The notes beneath the pieces are model-generated. The model was not told where the DNA came from and did not search any database. It saw nothing but the letters and a program-made list of their open reading frames with translations. From positions 416,001 to 480,000 of the forward strand of contig OZ245838.1 in the NCBI GenBank assembly GCA_965228735.1: a DNA stretch of 64,000 nt. The letters are read 5' to 3'. The translations under genes and the position numbers were made by a program. Below, in pieces: positions 1-11,668 of the stretch (position 1 is the stretch's first letter; the number at the start of each line of letters is the position of its first letter). Origin of the DNA: Planctomycetota bacterium. GTDB taxonomy: Bacteria; Planctomycetota; UBA1135; UBA2386.

Positions 1-162
1 GGCGAGCACGTTCACGTCGGTGAACGCCACGTCCATGTTGTGCAGGATGCCGGCAACGGTGTTGGAGAATCCGCACTGCGGCATCATCTTCGTGCCCTTC
101 ATGAAGAGCACGACGTCGTTGCCGGTGACGGTTTCCTTGATCTTGGTCTGTACGTCGGTCAT
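1..162 (-). CDS. grxD: Monothiol glutaredoxin Grx4 family (runs off window start)
   Basis: Manual translation MTDVQTKIKETVTGNDVVLFMKGTKMMPQCGFSNTVAGILHNMDV; CGFS motif; next to bolA. Not in ORF track. Confidence 0.93.
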   Translation of the reverse strand, partial: MTDVQTKIKETVTGNDVVLFMKGTKMMPQCGFSNTVAGILHNMDVAFTDVNVLA

Positions 163-176
163 TGGATCGTGATGGG

Positions 177-413
177 TCAGTCGGGCGCCTTGGTCGTCAG
201 CGCGAGGGCGTGGAGTTCGCCGTCGGGGCCGTCCATCTTGCCCTTGAGGGCCGCGTAGACGGCGCGCTGCTGCTGCACCCGATTCAGGTCGCGGAAACTC
301 TCGTCCACGACCTTGGCCGTCATGTGCATGCCGTCCTCGCCGGAGACCTCGATCTGGGCGTTCGGAAACCGCTCGCGGAGGAGGGCTTCGATCTCGTGGG
401 CGTGCATCGGCAT
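177..413 (-). CDS. bolA: BolA/IbaG family protein
   Basis: 78 aa; 'F..LNRVQQQRAVYAAL..ELHALAL.T' BolA signature; adjacent to grxD. Confidence 0.9.
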   Translation of the reverse strand: MPMHAHEIEALLRERFPNAQIEVSGEDGMHMTAKVVDESFRDLNRVQQQRAVYAALKGKMDGPDGELHALALTTKAPD

Positions 414-481
414 GGCGGTTTCTCGGATCGCAACCTAGGCCGCTGCCCGGCGATCCGCAAGCCGGATGGGGAGCGATGCCG

Positions 482-1273
482 TTACCACCGGTTCCGGAGC
501 TCGCGCAGCCGCAAGAACACCGTGCGTTCGTCGGGGTCGGCCGGCAGGTCCGGGAACGCCCGCCGCAGGGCGTCGATGACCCCGGGCTCGCGCAGCCGGA
601 AGAACGTGTTGGTCGTCTTCTCCTGCGCCAGCGTCGTGACCGGAGCGTCGGCCCCGTCCTGGCCGCCGACCGCGGCGAGCAGTTCGGCCGCCGCCGCGTT
701 GCCGGGCTCACGGTCCAGCGTGAAGCGCAGGTTGTTCGCGAGGTAGTCGTGGCCCGGGTAGAGCCGGGTGTCGCCGTCGAGAGCGTCGAGCTGCTCCGAG
801 AACGTGCGGAACAGCGCCTCCGGGTCGCCGCCGTTGCGGCAGTTGCCGGCCCCCGCGTTGAACAGCGTGTCGCCCGAGAACAGGGCCGGTTCCGGCGCGT
901 GGGCGAGCAGGCAGATGTGACTCATCGTGTGCCCTGGCGTGTCGAGGCACAAGAGCTCGATAGTTCGCCCGACCCGGACGACGTCGCCCTTGCCGACGCC
1001 GCGGTCGATGCCCGGGATGCGATCGCCGGCGCCGTCGTGCGCGATCAGCTTCGCACCCGTCGCCGCGATCAGACCGGCGTTGCCGCCCGTGTGGTCACCG
1101 TGTTCGTGCGTGTTGAGCACCTGAGTGATCGTGAAGCCGCGGTCCTGGGCCACCGCCAGGCATTGCCGATGGTCGAGCGGGTCGATCGCGAGCGCCTCGC
1201 CCGTCTCGCCGCACGCGACGAGGTAGTTGTAGTTCCTGAGGCGATTCTGCGCCCAGATGCGTTCGACGATCAT
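482..1273 (-). CDS. gloB: Hydroxyacylglutathione hydrolase (glyoxalase II)
   Basis: THEHGDHTGGN, TPGHT, FSGDTLF, YPGHDY and C-terminal 'TL.QEK.TN.F.R...F..LR..R..W'. Confidence 0.9.
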   Translation of the reverse strand: MIVERIWAQNRLRNYNYLVACGETGEALAIDPLDHRQCLAVAQDRGFTITQVLNTHEHGDHTGGNAGLIAATGAKLIAHDGAGDRIPGIDRGVGKGDVVRVGRTIELLCLDTPGHTMSHICLLAHAPEPALFSGDTLFNAGAGNCRNGGDPEALFRTFSEQLDALDGDTRLYPGHDYLANNLRFTLDREPGNAAAAELLAAVGGQDGADAPVTTLAQEKTTNTFFRLREPGVIDALRRAFPDLPADPDERTVFLRLRELRNRW

Positions 1274-2214
1274 GACGGTCGCGCGCGAACGCGGGCCTCG
1301 ACTGCGTCGAGCAGCGCGCCTTCGAGGGCGCCGCCGCCGAGCCGTTCGATCTCGCGGAAGCCGGTCGGGCTCGTGATGTTGATCTCGGTCAGGTAGTCAC
1401 CGAGCACGTCGATGCCGGCGAGGATCACGCCCTTGTCGCGCAGCACCGGGCCGAGGCGCGCGCAGATCTCGCGTTCGCGGTCGGTCAGCGTCGAGTTCTC
1501 GGCGCGGCCGCCGACGTGCAGGTTGGCGCGGGCCTCGTGCGCGGCCGGCACGCGCAGCAGGGCGCCGGCCGGCTCGCCGTCGATCAGGATGATGCGTTTG
1601 TCGCCCTGCCGCACCTCGGGAACGTACTGCTGGGCCATGAGCAGGCGCGTGCCGTGTGCCGTGCCGGTCTCGAGGATCGCGCGGGTATTGCGGTCGTTCT
1701 CCGTCACGTGAAAGACGCCGGCGCCACCGGCGCCGTCGAGCGGCTTGACGACCATCTGGCCACCGTGTTCGGCGCGAAACTGCAGCAGCTGATCGATGTC
1801 GCGCGTCACGAGGGTGGCCGGGCACAGGTCCGGGAACTCGAGCGCGAAGAGCTTCTCGTTCTCGTCGCGCAGCGTCTGCGGATCGTTGACCATCACGGGC
1901 CCGGAAGCGCGCGACATCAGCAGCGTCGCGAACAGGTACGCGGAATCGAACGGCGGGTCCTTCCGCATCCACACGGCATCGAACGCGCTCAGTTCTTCGT
2001 GCCTGGCCCCGGTCGCGGCACACCAGGACGGACCGTCGCCGGTCGTCGTAACCGCGGCCCGGACGAACGGCGAGCCGTCGCGCTGGCCGAGGTCGCCGAT
2101 CTCACACGTCTCGACCACGTGGCCGCGCCGCCACGCTTCCCGGATGAACGCGATCGACGAGTCCGACTCCGTGTGGAGCCGACCGAGGGGATCGAGGATG
2201 AAGAGGTGACGCAT
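1270..2214 (-). CDS. gshB: Glutathione synthetase
   Basis: MRKDPPFD, NEKL, KPLDG.GG.GVF, GDKRI, RANLHVGG, EINITSPTG; ATG 2214 chosen (ORF extends to 2244). Confidence 0.95.
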   Translation of the reverse strand: MRHLFILDPLGRLHTESDSSIAFIREAWRRGHVVETCEIGDLGQRDGSPFVRAAVTTTGDGPSWCAATGARHEELSAFDAVWMRKDPPFDSAYLFATLLMSRASGPVMVNDPQTLRDENEKLFALEFPDLCPATLVTRDIDQLLQFRAEHGGQMVVKPLDGAGGAGVFHVTENDRNTRAILETGTAHGTRLLMAQQYVPEVRQGDKRIILIDGEPAGALLRVPAAHEARANLHVGGRAENSTLTDREREICARLGPVLRDKGVILAGIDVLGDYLTEINITSPTGFREIERLGGGALEGALLDAVEARVRARPS

Positions 2215-2236
2215 GGGGGTGGGGCGCCGGTAGGGT

Positions 2237-3460
2237 TTAGCCACCGAGCGAATAGCTCTCGACGAACTCGATCTGTGCCCGGACGCTCGGGGTTGCGTTC
2301 ACCACGTAGACATTGCTCTTGCGGGCCCATGCGAGGCGGACAGCTTCGTGGAGCAGGGCGTGCAGGAAGCTCTGCGTGCAAACGCGTAGGTTGCGAAAGT
2401 CGAGGACTACGGGTTCCCGGCGCAAGAGCCTTGGTTCCAGGAACGAGCTCGAGAACTCATGGGCAGCGACCGTGTCCTCGGCCGCGACGTTGACCAGTAG
2501 CGCGTCAGTCTCGCCGGGCTGTTCGTCGAAGCGAATCCAGCGATGAGTGATTCGCTGGGGTGTTCGTTCGCGAGCTAGCTCGTGGATACCGCTGATGATG
2601 GCTTCGTAGCTGCCAACCTGATTCAGTGCGGTTTCGAAGACGACGAGTGTTCCGGGATAGTCAGGCGCGTCACTGTTCGTGATTACGGGTTGCGTCCGGT
2701 CCGAATGGAAGCGGTCGAGGAAATAGGTGCCTCCGCGAGACGCCAGAAGCAGTCTGCCCCGGGTTTTCCTCGCCATCTCCGAAATGAAGAACAGGCCGAG
2801 GCCGGCGTTCTCTACCGTTCCGCTGCCGCCTTCTCGAAACGCACCGGAGACGTGCGGTTCCAGGGCATTCGTGAGAGCCTCTGTTGGGTTTCGGATGCCT
2901 GGCCGCGTCGCTCTCAGCGACTCGAATACCCCGACACCGTTGTCGGCGACAACGACCTGAACCGTAGGGCTGCCCTGGTATGGCCCGGCGTCGTTCAACT
3001 GCGCGGCCACGACGCCGCCGGCCGTGTCTTGACTGTGTTGCACGACGTTGCGCAGCAACTCGACGAGAACGAACCAGTAGAGATCCGCAGCATCCCGAGC
3101 TGTGTGGGAGGGGATCATCAGATCGACGATCTTCCTGGCGACAGCTTCGGTCTCGCTGCGGTTGCGGACGCGGCTCAGCGTGACGGTGCGTTCGCGCTCG
3201 GTCGGCTCGCGGCTCGTGCTGCCGTCGAGCACTTCGTCGATACCAACCGCGTGGGCGAACCGGGCCGCGCCCGAGGCTGACGCCGGAACGAGTGTCAGGC
3301 GCTGTGCCCCGTCGTGTCGCGCGAGCGCAGCTGTCGCACTGACCGCGAAGATCTGGGCGACGTCGACTTCGTCGAAGCTCGCCCAGCTGGCGTCGATTCT
3401 CTCCGCCAGCCAGGACAAGAAGGTGGCTGGATCATCAATCGTGAAACGCGGATTCGCCAT
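2237..3460 (-). CDS. GHKL/HATPase protein with C-terminal STAS-like (DUF4325-like) domain
   Basis: ELLRNVVQHS (N box), VADNGVGV (G1), NAGLGLF (G2); C-terminal 'VVLDFRNLRVCTQSFLHALL' is STAS-like. Confidence 0.75.
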   Translation of the reverse strand: MANPRFTIDDPATFLSWLAERIDASWASFDEVDVAQIFAVSATAALARHDGAQRLTLVPASASGAARFAHAVGIDEVLDGSTSREPTERERTVTLSRVRNRSETEAVARKIVDLMIPSHTARDAADLYWFVLVELLRNVVQHSQDTAGGVVAAQLNDAGPYQGSPTVQVVVADNGVGVFESLRATRPGIRNPTEALTNALEPHVSGAFREGGSGTVENAGLGLFFISEMARKTRGRLLLASRGGTYFLDRFHSDRTQPVITNSDAPDYPGTLVVFETALNQVGSYEAIISGIHELARERTPQRITHRWIRFDEQPGETDALLVNVAAEDTVAAHEFSSSFLEPRLLRREPVVLDFRNLRVCTQSFLHALLHEAVRLAWARKSNVYVVNATPSVRAQIEFVESYSLGG

Positions 3461-3513
3461 CGGCTGCGGTCACACTAGGGCTTCGTCCCTCCGCGAGCCA
3501 CCGGGAGGGGCAA

Positions 3514-4695
3514 CTACGTGCAGCCCGGCGGCATCGGTGACGGGCAGTCGGGATCGTAGCGCCGATCGATCTCGGTGAGTTCGACCATCGCGCGTTGCAG
3601 CACCTCGCGTGGCGACTTGCCGGCGGCGACTTGCGCGAGCCACTGCTGGGCCAGGTTGCCGTCGCGCAGGATCTCTTCGATCGGCGCCAAGCGGTCGCCG
3701 AAGCCGTGCGCCGCGGCCGTGTCGACGCAGCTGCGCCAACATGACTCGATCCAGTCGCGCATCCTCACATCTTCGCCGGTGCGCCAGTCCGTCACGGTCG
3801 CGTCGAGGCTCGACTCGGCCGCCAGCCGTTCGTTGCGTTCGCAGATGGCGAGCAACTCGTCCTCGGAGCGCACGGCGAGCGGATCGAGGCTCGGGTCCTC
3901 GAGCACCTGCCAGATGCGCGCTTCGAACATGCCGATCACGGCGCCGAGCACGTGGGGGCTCGAGATGCGGTCGCAGATGCGCAGCTCGAGTCGTTCGATC
4001 TCTTTCGGAGTGGCGACGCCGTTCGGGCGGATCGAGAGCCACAGGTGGCGCGGGTTGAACATCGCGCCGCTCTCGAGCTGTCCTCTGACCCAGGCCTTGA
4101 AGTGATCGTGGCTGCGGAAGAACGGGACGACGGGTGGAGTCGGGGGGAACACCCGCCAACGGGTGGAGTGGGCGCCGGTCGGCTTGCCGCGCAGGAATGG
4201 CGAGTTCGCCGTGAGCGCGAGATACATCGACGCCTCGGCGCGCAGCACGCGGTAGGCGGCGATGAGCCGGTCGGGGTCGGGGATGCCGACGTTGATGTGC
4301 GTACTCGCGGTCACCACCGTGGTGCCGTACGTGTCACGGATGAAGCGGTAGTACGCGTTCTGCTCGTTGGCGATGAAGAACTCGTCGCTCTCCTCGAGGG
4401 ACAGAGTGCTCCCGGGTACGAGCGTGTAGTGGCCGATGTCCGCGAGGTAGCGCCGGAGCTGGCAGCGCTTGGCCATCAGCCGGTCGAGCAGTTCCTGATA
4501 GCTGCGGAAGGGCGCCGTCGTGTACTCGACGTTGCGCGAGTCGGGCTCGGTCACGAAGCCGCTGAGGTCGGCCGCGATCCGGTGGGACAGCGGCACGACA
4601 TCGCCGTCGACGGTGCCGGTGTAGACCTCCTCCTCGAGGCCCTTCCGCAGCAGTTGTGGGGCCATGTTCCCACTCGCATCGGTGCTCGAGGTCAT
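3514..4695 (-). CDS. gshA: Glutamate--cysteine ligase, cyanobacterial type
   Basis: KGLEEEVYTG, FVTEPDSRNVEY, VVTASTHINVG, HSTRW, RHLWLSIRPNG, RLELRICD; near gshB. Confidence 0.88.
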   Translation of the reverse strand: MTSSTDASGNMAPQLLRKGLEEEVYTGTVDGDVVPLSHRIAADLSGFVTEPDSRNVEYTTAPFRSYQELLDRLMAKRCQLRRYLADIGHYTLVPGSTLSLEESDEFFIANEQNAYYRFIRDTYGTTVVTASTHINVGIPDPDRLIAAYRVLRAEASMYLALTANSPFLRGKPTGAHSTRWRVFPPTPPVVPFFRSHDHFKAWVRGQLESGAMFNPRHLWLSIRPNGVATPKEIERLELRICDRISSPHVLGAVIGMFEARIWQVLEDPSLDPLAVRSEDELLAICERNERLAAESSLDATVTDWRTGEDVRMRDWIESCWRSCVDTAAAHGFGDRLAPIEEILRDGNLAQQWLAQVAAGKSPREVLQRAMVELTEIDRRYDPDCPSPMPPGCT

Positions 4696-4696
4696 G

Positions 4697-5563
4697 TCAG
4701 CTCCGCATGCCGACGCCGCGCTTCAGCATCCAGAGCGCGGTCGCGTAGAAGCCGACGATGAACACCACGAGCACCCCGAACGCAACGCCGATCGGCATGT
4801 CGGAGCTGCCGAGGAGGCCGTACCGGAACGCGTTCACCATGTAGAGGATCGGGTTGGCGTAGCTGATGGTGCGCCACGGCTCGCTCAGCAGACTGACCGA
4901 GTAGAACACGCCGCCGAGCATCGTCAGCGGTGTCAGCACGAACGTCGGGACGATCGAGATGTCGTCGAAGTTGCGCGCGACCATCGCGTTGATGAACCCG
5001 CCGAACGCGAACGCGACCGACGTGAGCACCGCGACGGCGATGGTCAGGAGCGGATGCGCGACCGGCAGGTCGACGAACAGCAGCGAGACCAGCGTAACGA
5101 TCGCGCCGATCGCGAGGCCGCGGAAGACGCCGCCGATCGCGTATCCGAGCAGGATCGTCTGACCCGACATCGGCGAGACGAGCATCTCTTCGATGTGATG
5201 CTGGAACTTCGCGCCGAACAGCGACGATACGACGTTCTGATACGAATTCGTCAGCACCGCCATCATGATCAGCCCGGGCGTCACGTACTGCAGATACGTG
5301 AAGCCCTCCATCTGGCCGATGCGGTTGCCCAGGACCGGGCCGAAGATGATGAAGTAGAGACTCGTCGTGATGACCGGCGGCAGGAGCGTCTGCGGCCAGA
5401 TGCGTAGCACGCGGTGGATCTCACGGCGCACCGTCGTGGCGAGGCCGATCCAGGCCTCGGACAGCCGCGAACGGTCACCGTCGGCGACCGATCGCAGGAT
5501 GGCCATCGGGTCGTCAACCCTTGGGCTGCCCGTGTCGCTCGGGCGCGTGGCGGTGTCGGTCAC
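4697..5563 (-). CDS. ABC-2 transporter permease (YadH-like)
   Basis: RIWPQTLLPPVITTSLYF, PLTMLGGVFYS, NPILYMVNAFRYG; GTG start overlaps upstream stop (GTGA). Confidence 0.9.
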   Translation of the reverse strand: MTDTATRPSDTGSPRVDDPMAILRSVADGDRSRLSEAWIGLATTVRREIHRVLRIWPQTLLPPVITTSLYFIIFGPVLGNRIGQMEGFTYLQYVTPGLIMMAVLTNSYQNVVSSLFGAKFQHHIEEMLVSPMSGQTILLGYAIGGVFRGLAIGAIVTLVSLLFVDLPVAHPLLTIAVAVLTSVAFAFGGFINAMVARNFDDISIVPTFVLTPLTMLGGVFYSVSLLSEPWRTISYANPILYMVNAFRYGLLGSSDMPIGVAFGVLVVFIVGFYATALWMLKRGVGMRS

Positions 5564-6531
5564 GTGGATGCCTCCGCCGGCGGAGTCACCGTCGCCGGCG
5601 CCTTGGACTCCTCGACGAGCCGCAGGAACAGCTCTTCGAGACGGTTCGCCTTGTTGCGCATCGAACTCACGCCGACGCTCGCGGCATCGAGTGCGCGGAA
5701 CAACTCGTTGAGGTTCGAGCCACGTTTCAGTTCGACCTCGAAAGAGCCATCGTCGCGCAGTCGCGTCGTGAATCCGGCCAGGCTCGGTGCCGTATCGAGC
5801 GGTTCCATCGGGTCGAGCACGAACGTCTCGATCGCGAGCTGGCGCAGCAGCGAGCGGGTGTCGGTGTCCTGCACGATCCGGCCGCCGTCGATGATCGCGA
5901 TGCGCCGGCACATGGCCTCGGCTTCCTCGAGATAGTGCGTCGTGAGAATGATCGTCGTGCCGCCGCCGTTGATCTGCTCGAGCAGGTCCCAGGTCGCGCG
6001 CCGGATCTCGATGTCGACGCCGGCCGTCGGCTCGTCGAGGATCAGCAGGCGCGGGCCGTGGACCAGCGCGCGCGCGATCATCAGGCGGCGCTTCATGCCG
6101 CCCGACAGCGAGCGCGCCATCACGTTGCGCTTGTCCCAGAGCCCCATCCACTGCAGGCACGCCTCGGCCCGTTCGCGGGCCTGCTGCCACGGGATGCCGT
6201 AGTAGCCCGCCTGCTGCGCGACGATGTGCAGCGGTTGCTCGAACTGGTTGAGGTTGATCTCCTGCGGGACGATGCCGATCAGGCGTTTACTGCCTTCGGG
6301 GTCCTTCTCGGTGTCGATCCCGAAGACCTCGATCGAGCCACCGCTGCGGTTGACGAGCGACGTGATGATGCCGATCGTCGTCGACTTGCCCGCGCCGTTG
6401 GGGCCGAGCAGGCCGAAGAACTCACCATGGCCGACCTCGAGGTCGATGCCCCGCAGCGCCTGCACACCGTTCTTGTAGGTCTTGCCGAGGCCGCGAATGC
6501 GGAGGGCTGGCGGGGATGGGGGGGTGGCCAA
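5560..6531 (-). CDS. ABC transporter ATP-binding protein (YadG-like)
   Basis: Walker A GPNGAGKST, LSGGMKRR, LILDEPT, NRLEELF; TTG start inferred. Confidence 0.92.
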   Translation of the reverse strand: MATPPSPPALRIRGLGKTYKNGVQALRGIDLEVGHGEFFGLLGPNGAGKSTTIGIITSLVNRSGGSIEVFGIDTEKDPEGSKRLIGIVPQEINLNQFEQPLHIVAQQAGYYGIPWQQARERAEACLQWMGLWDKRNVMARSLSGGMKRRLMIARALVHGPRLLILDEPTAGVDIEIRRATWDLLEQINGGGTTIILTTHYLEEAEAMCRRIAIIDGGRIVQDTDTRSLLRQLAIETFVLDPMEPLDTAPSLAGFTTRLRDDGSFEVELKRGSNLNELFRALDAASVGVSSMRNKANRLEELFLRLVEESKAPATVTPPAEAST

Positions 6532-6539
6532 GGCCGGTC

Positions 6540-6785
6540 CTATTTGCCGTAGTGCTCGTCGACGTAGGCGATGATGTCCGCGCTCTCGTACATCTTCACG
6601 TCGCGCTCGGGGTCGTGCAGGAACGGCACCTGCGGGCTGCCGCCGAGTGCCACCAGCTCGCGCCGCGTCTCGGAGTCCTGCCCGAGCGTGATCCGCTTCT
6701 GCTCGAACGGGATCCCGTTGCTGTCGAGGTGGTCGAGAACCCGCGCACAATACGGGCAACGGGGATCGAAGTACAGCTGGATCAT
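6540..6785 (-). CDS. Dithiol glutaredoxin / GST N-terminal-like protein
   Basis: MIQLYFDPRCPYC...QVPFL.DP...MYESADIIAY; 81 aa. Confidence 0.85.
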   Translation of the reverse strand: MIQLYFDPRCPYCARVLDHLDSNGIPFEQKRITLGQDSETRRELVALGGSPQVPFLHDPERDVKMYESADIIAYVDEHYGK

Positions 6786-6859
6786 GGAGAGGCGTAGGCC
6801 GAGCTTACGGCGCGGACCAGACATTTTCCGGCGCGTCTGTTGCCGGCGTCGGGCTGAGC

Positions 6860-8697
<1,838 letters not shown>

Positions 8698-8735
8698 CTA
8701 GCGTGGACTGTCCGGTCGGTCGCTCCGCGGCGGCG

Positions 8736-9974
8736 TCAAGGTCGGATCACGATCTCCGCGGCGAACGCGAGCGTGCGGTCCTCGTCGATCGTCGCCCACT
8801 TCCGCAGCGTCGCGACCGAGGGCGTCACCTTGGCGTCGTGCACGACCTCGCCGTTGCGCTCGATGACGATCGGCTGCTCGAGGTCGAACTCGGAGGGTGA
8901 GATCAGCAGGCGAAAGCGCCGCACGCGCAGCGTCGTGGCGGTGACCCGGTTGCCGTCGCGAACGACGTCGACCCGACCCCAGTCGGAGCGCGGCTGCGTC
9001 GGTCCGCGCAGTTGGATCCGCGTGCCCCAGCGCGGCAGGATGTTGTCGGGTTCGACATCGCGCCGCGCTCGCGGTGGTTCGAGTTCGTCGATGACGAGCC
9101 AGCTGCGGCGGTGGTAGCGGTCCGTGCGTTCGGTCGCCCACGACAGGCGGTCCGGCAGCGGGTCGCGTTCGGTGCCGAACAGGAAGCGCGCGAACTGTTC
9201 CTCGCGTTCGCGCGGAATACGGAGCGAGTGGCCCTGACCGGGCAGCACGTAGTGCTCGATGTCGGCGCCCGCCGCGGTGAACAGCGCGAGGTAGCGGCGC
9301 AGGTGTTGGATCGGCACCTTCGGGTCGCGCTCGCCGTAGCCGAGGTGGAACCGCTGCCCCGCGAGGTTGGAGACGTGCATCTGGCCGTCGGGCCGGAACT
9401 CCCGGCGCACGAGTCGGTCGGGCGGCGCGACGTGACCGGCGAAGCCGGCCCAGCGGTCGGGGGTCCGCATCGCCTGGAAGAACACCGCCGCGCCGCCATC
9501 CGAGTTGCCGTAGAGCACGACGCGGTTCTCGTCGATGTTCCACGTCGCCTTGGCCTCGCGCAGGATCGCCTCGAAGTTCTCGACCTGACTCCATTCCCAC
9601 CACATCGAGTCCCACCAACCCGCCGGCAGGATGACGATCTGGCCGCGCGGAATGCGCCATCCGGGCGACCACGACCCATCGAGCTTCTGCCACTCGGGCG
9701 CGCCCATGCCGCCGTGCAGGTCGAAGCGCACGGGCCAGCGGCGGTCGGGCGTGTAATCCTCGGGCACGAGGATCATGTACGGGTGGCGCACGCCAGCGGA
9801 GCTGGTGCGCTCGCGCAGGATGCGCCCCGTGGGAACGTCCGTGGCGTACTCGCGCCCCCTTCGATGTCGTGCCAACGCCCCCTGGAAGTCGTCGTCTTGT
9901 TGCGCGTCGAGGACACTGGCAAGGGTGACGATGGCAATCGCGGTGAGGCTTCGGACGTGGCGCATTGCTGGCAT
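8736..9974 (-). CDS. Secreted alpha/beta hydrolase (esterase-like)
   Basis: Signal peptide, LHGG, nucleophile elbow GNSDGG, GERD, GQGH. Confidence 0.72.
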   Translation of the reverse strand: MPAMRHVRSLTAIAIVTLASVLDAQQDDDFQGALARHRRGREYATDVPTGRILRERTSSAGVRHPYMILVPEDYTPDRRWPVRFDLHGGMGAPEWQKLDGSWSPGWRIPRGQIVILPAGWWDSMWWEWSQVENFEAILREAKATWNIDENRVVLYGNSDGGAAVFFQAMRTPDRWAGFAGHVAPPDRLVRREFRPDGQMHVSNLAGQRFHLGYGERDPKVPIQHLRRYLALFTAAGADIEHYVLPGQGHSLRIPREREEQFARFLFGTERDPLPDRLSWATERTDRYHRRSWLVIDELEPPRARRDVEPDNILPRWGTRIQLRGPTQPRSDWGRVDVVRDGNRVTATTLRVRRFRLLISPSEFDLEQPIVIERNGEVVHDAKVTPSVATLRKWATIDEDRTLAFAAEIVIRP

Positions 9975-10032
9975 CGTGGGGGCAGTTGCCGCGGCGGCCC
10001 GCGAGGACTCGGGATTCCACCGCGGGCCAGGC

Positions 10033-10063
10033 ATCCACACAGGATCCACACAGGATCCACACA
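10033..10063. repeat. 11-bp tandem repeat (ATCCACACAGG) x ~3
   Basis: Units at 10033, 10044 and 10055 (last partial), in a divergent intergenic region. Confidence 0.85.
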
Positions 10064-10215
10064 TCTTCGCGCCACGCGCGTAGCCGTGTCGACTTGACGA
10101 TGTCGAGCGGTAACGGCACCGTCAGCTTTCAGCCGCCTTGATTGGTGTGCGCCTGACCGTGATCGGCAGCGGACCGACGTATACTCGCGGGCGTCCCACC
10201 CCGTCCCGGAGCACC

Positions 10216-11616
10216 ATGAAAATCAGCCCCTTCGTTCTCGCCGCCCTCCTCAGCACCGTCGCCATTCCCGCGCAGGTCGTCGATCACTACTGGGTCGACG
10301 CCGTCAACGGCAGCGACTCGTTCCCCGGCACCCGGGCCCAGCCGTTCCGCACGATGGCGTGGGCCGTCGGCGTCAACTTCGCCAACGTGCACATCCACGT
10401 CCTGCCGGGCGTCTACAGTCCGAGCACGACGGGCGACTTCTTCGATCAGGCGCTCAACGTGCCGGCGCGGCTCGATCTGGCGGGGATCCAGAACATCAAG
10501 ATCACCGGCGTCGACAAGGATACCTGCATCTTCGACTTCGGCGCCGGGAACGGGATCTGGGGCTACATCCGGATCGCGAGCGGTTCGACCGATGTCGAGA
10601 TCAGCAACCTGACGATGCGCAACGCCGGCGTCGACCCGTGGGGCAACGGCGCGATCACGGTGGACAGCGGCGCGCAGGACGTCGACATCCACAGCTGCTA
10701 CTTCGAGCAGACCTACAGCACGCTGATCGTGTGGGGCGGGTTCGACGTCGCGTTCCACGACAACGTGATCACGGACGCCGTGCCCAACACGGGCACGTGG
10801 CCGAGCGTCGGCGTGCGGGTGCGCACCAACGGCAGCACCGGCGACCGGACCTACATCTACAACAACACGTTCTACGCGATCGGTCAGGGCATCTCGTGGA
10901 GCAACGACGCCAACAACCCGCAGCAGTGGATCATGAACAACGTGGTCCTCGACGGCACGGCGACGGGGTTTCCCAACAGCGCCTACCAGGGTCCGCACGT
11001 CGTGTTCGAGAACAACCTGGCCTTCAACTGCGCGGTTTGGAACTACGACCCCGTGATCGGTCCGACCGGCAGCGGTGCCGCGCTGTCGCTGAGCAATCTC
11101 GAGGTCGACCCGATGCTCGCCAACCCGGCGGCTGGCGACTACTCGCTGGCTGCAGGCTCGCCGTGCATCGAGACCGGATCGGCGATGACGCACCCGTTCA
11201 TGATGAACGACTACGCGAACAACAACCGCGCGGTCGACTCCGACGAGGACGGCCAGGCCATCCCCGACCGCGGCGCGATCGAGTCCACCGATCTCGCGCT
11301 CGTCGTGACCAACTTCGGTCAGGGGCAGACCGCGAACATCGACATCCAGACGACCAACCCGGGCACCTGGGTCATCGGCGCGTTGCTCATGAGCTTCCAG
11401 AAGGCGCCGGCCTACAACCCGTGGTGGGGCATGGCCGGCCTCGACCCGGCGGCGATCGTCTCGATCCCGAGCATCCCCGGGACGCTGATCGGGCTGCCGT
11501 TCCCCGCGTTCCCCGGCCTCGACGGCCTGCAGGTGCACATGCAGTTCGCGGGCTTGAAACAGATCGGCAACGTGGTCGTGGTCAAGGGCAGCGGGCTGAG
11601 CACGAACGTGCTGTGA
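10216..11616 (+). CDS. Secreted right-handed beta-helix protein (DUF1565-like N-terminus)
   Basis: Signal peptide; 'WVDAVNGSD..PGT.AQPFRT'; Asn-rich beta-helix; 'DP....GDY.L..GSPCI..G...DRGA.E'. Confidence 0.75.
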   Translation: MKISPFVLAALLSTVAIPAQVVDHYWVDAVNGSDSFPGTRAQPFRTMAWAVGVNFANVHIHVLPGVYSPSTTGDFFDQALNVPARLDLAGIQNIKITGVDKDTCIFDFGAGNGIWGYIRIASGSTDVEISNLTMRNAGVDPWGNGAITVDSGAQDVDIHSCYFEQTYSTLIVWGGFDVAFHDNVITDAVPNTGTWPSVGVRVRTNGSTGDRTYIYNNTFYAIGQGISWSNDANNPQQWIMNNVVLDGTATGFPNSAYQGPHVVFENNLAFNCAVWNYDPVIGPTGSGAALSLSNLEVDPMLANPAAGDYSLAAGSPCIETGSAMTHPFMMNDYANNNRAVDSDEDGQAIPDRGAIESTDLALVVTNFGQGQTANIDIQTTNPGTWVIGALLMSFQKAPAYNPWWGMAGLDPAAIVSIPSIPGTLIGLPFPAFPGLDGLQVHMQFAGLKQIGNVVVVKGSGLSTNVL

Positions 11617-11668
11617 ACGCGCCCTGTTCGGGCTGGCATCGGCGCGCCGTTCGCTCCAAAACCCGAGC

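Noticed and set aside
10033..10063. Tandem repeat considered as a CRISPR array
   Set aside because: 11-bp units, no spacers, no cas genes.
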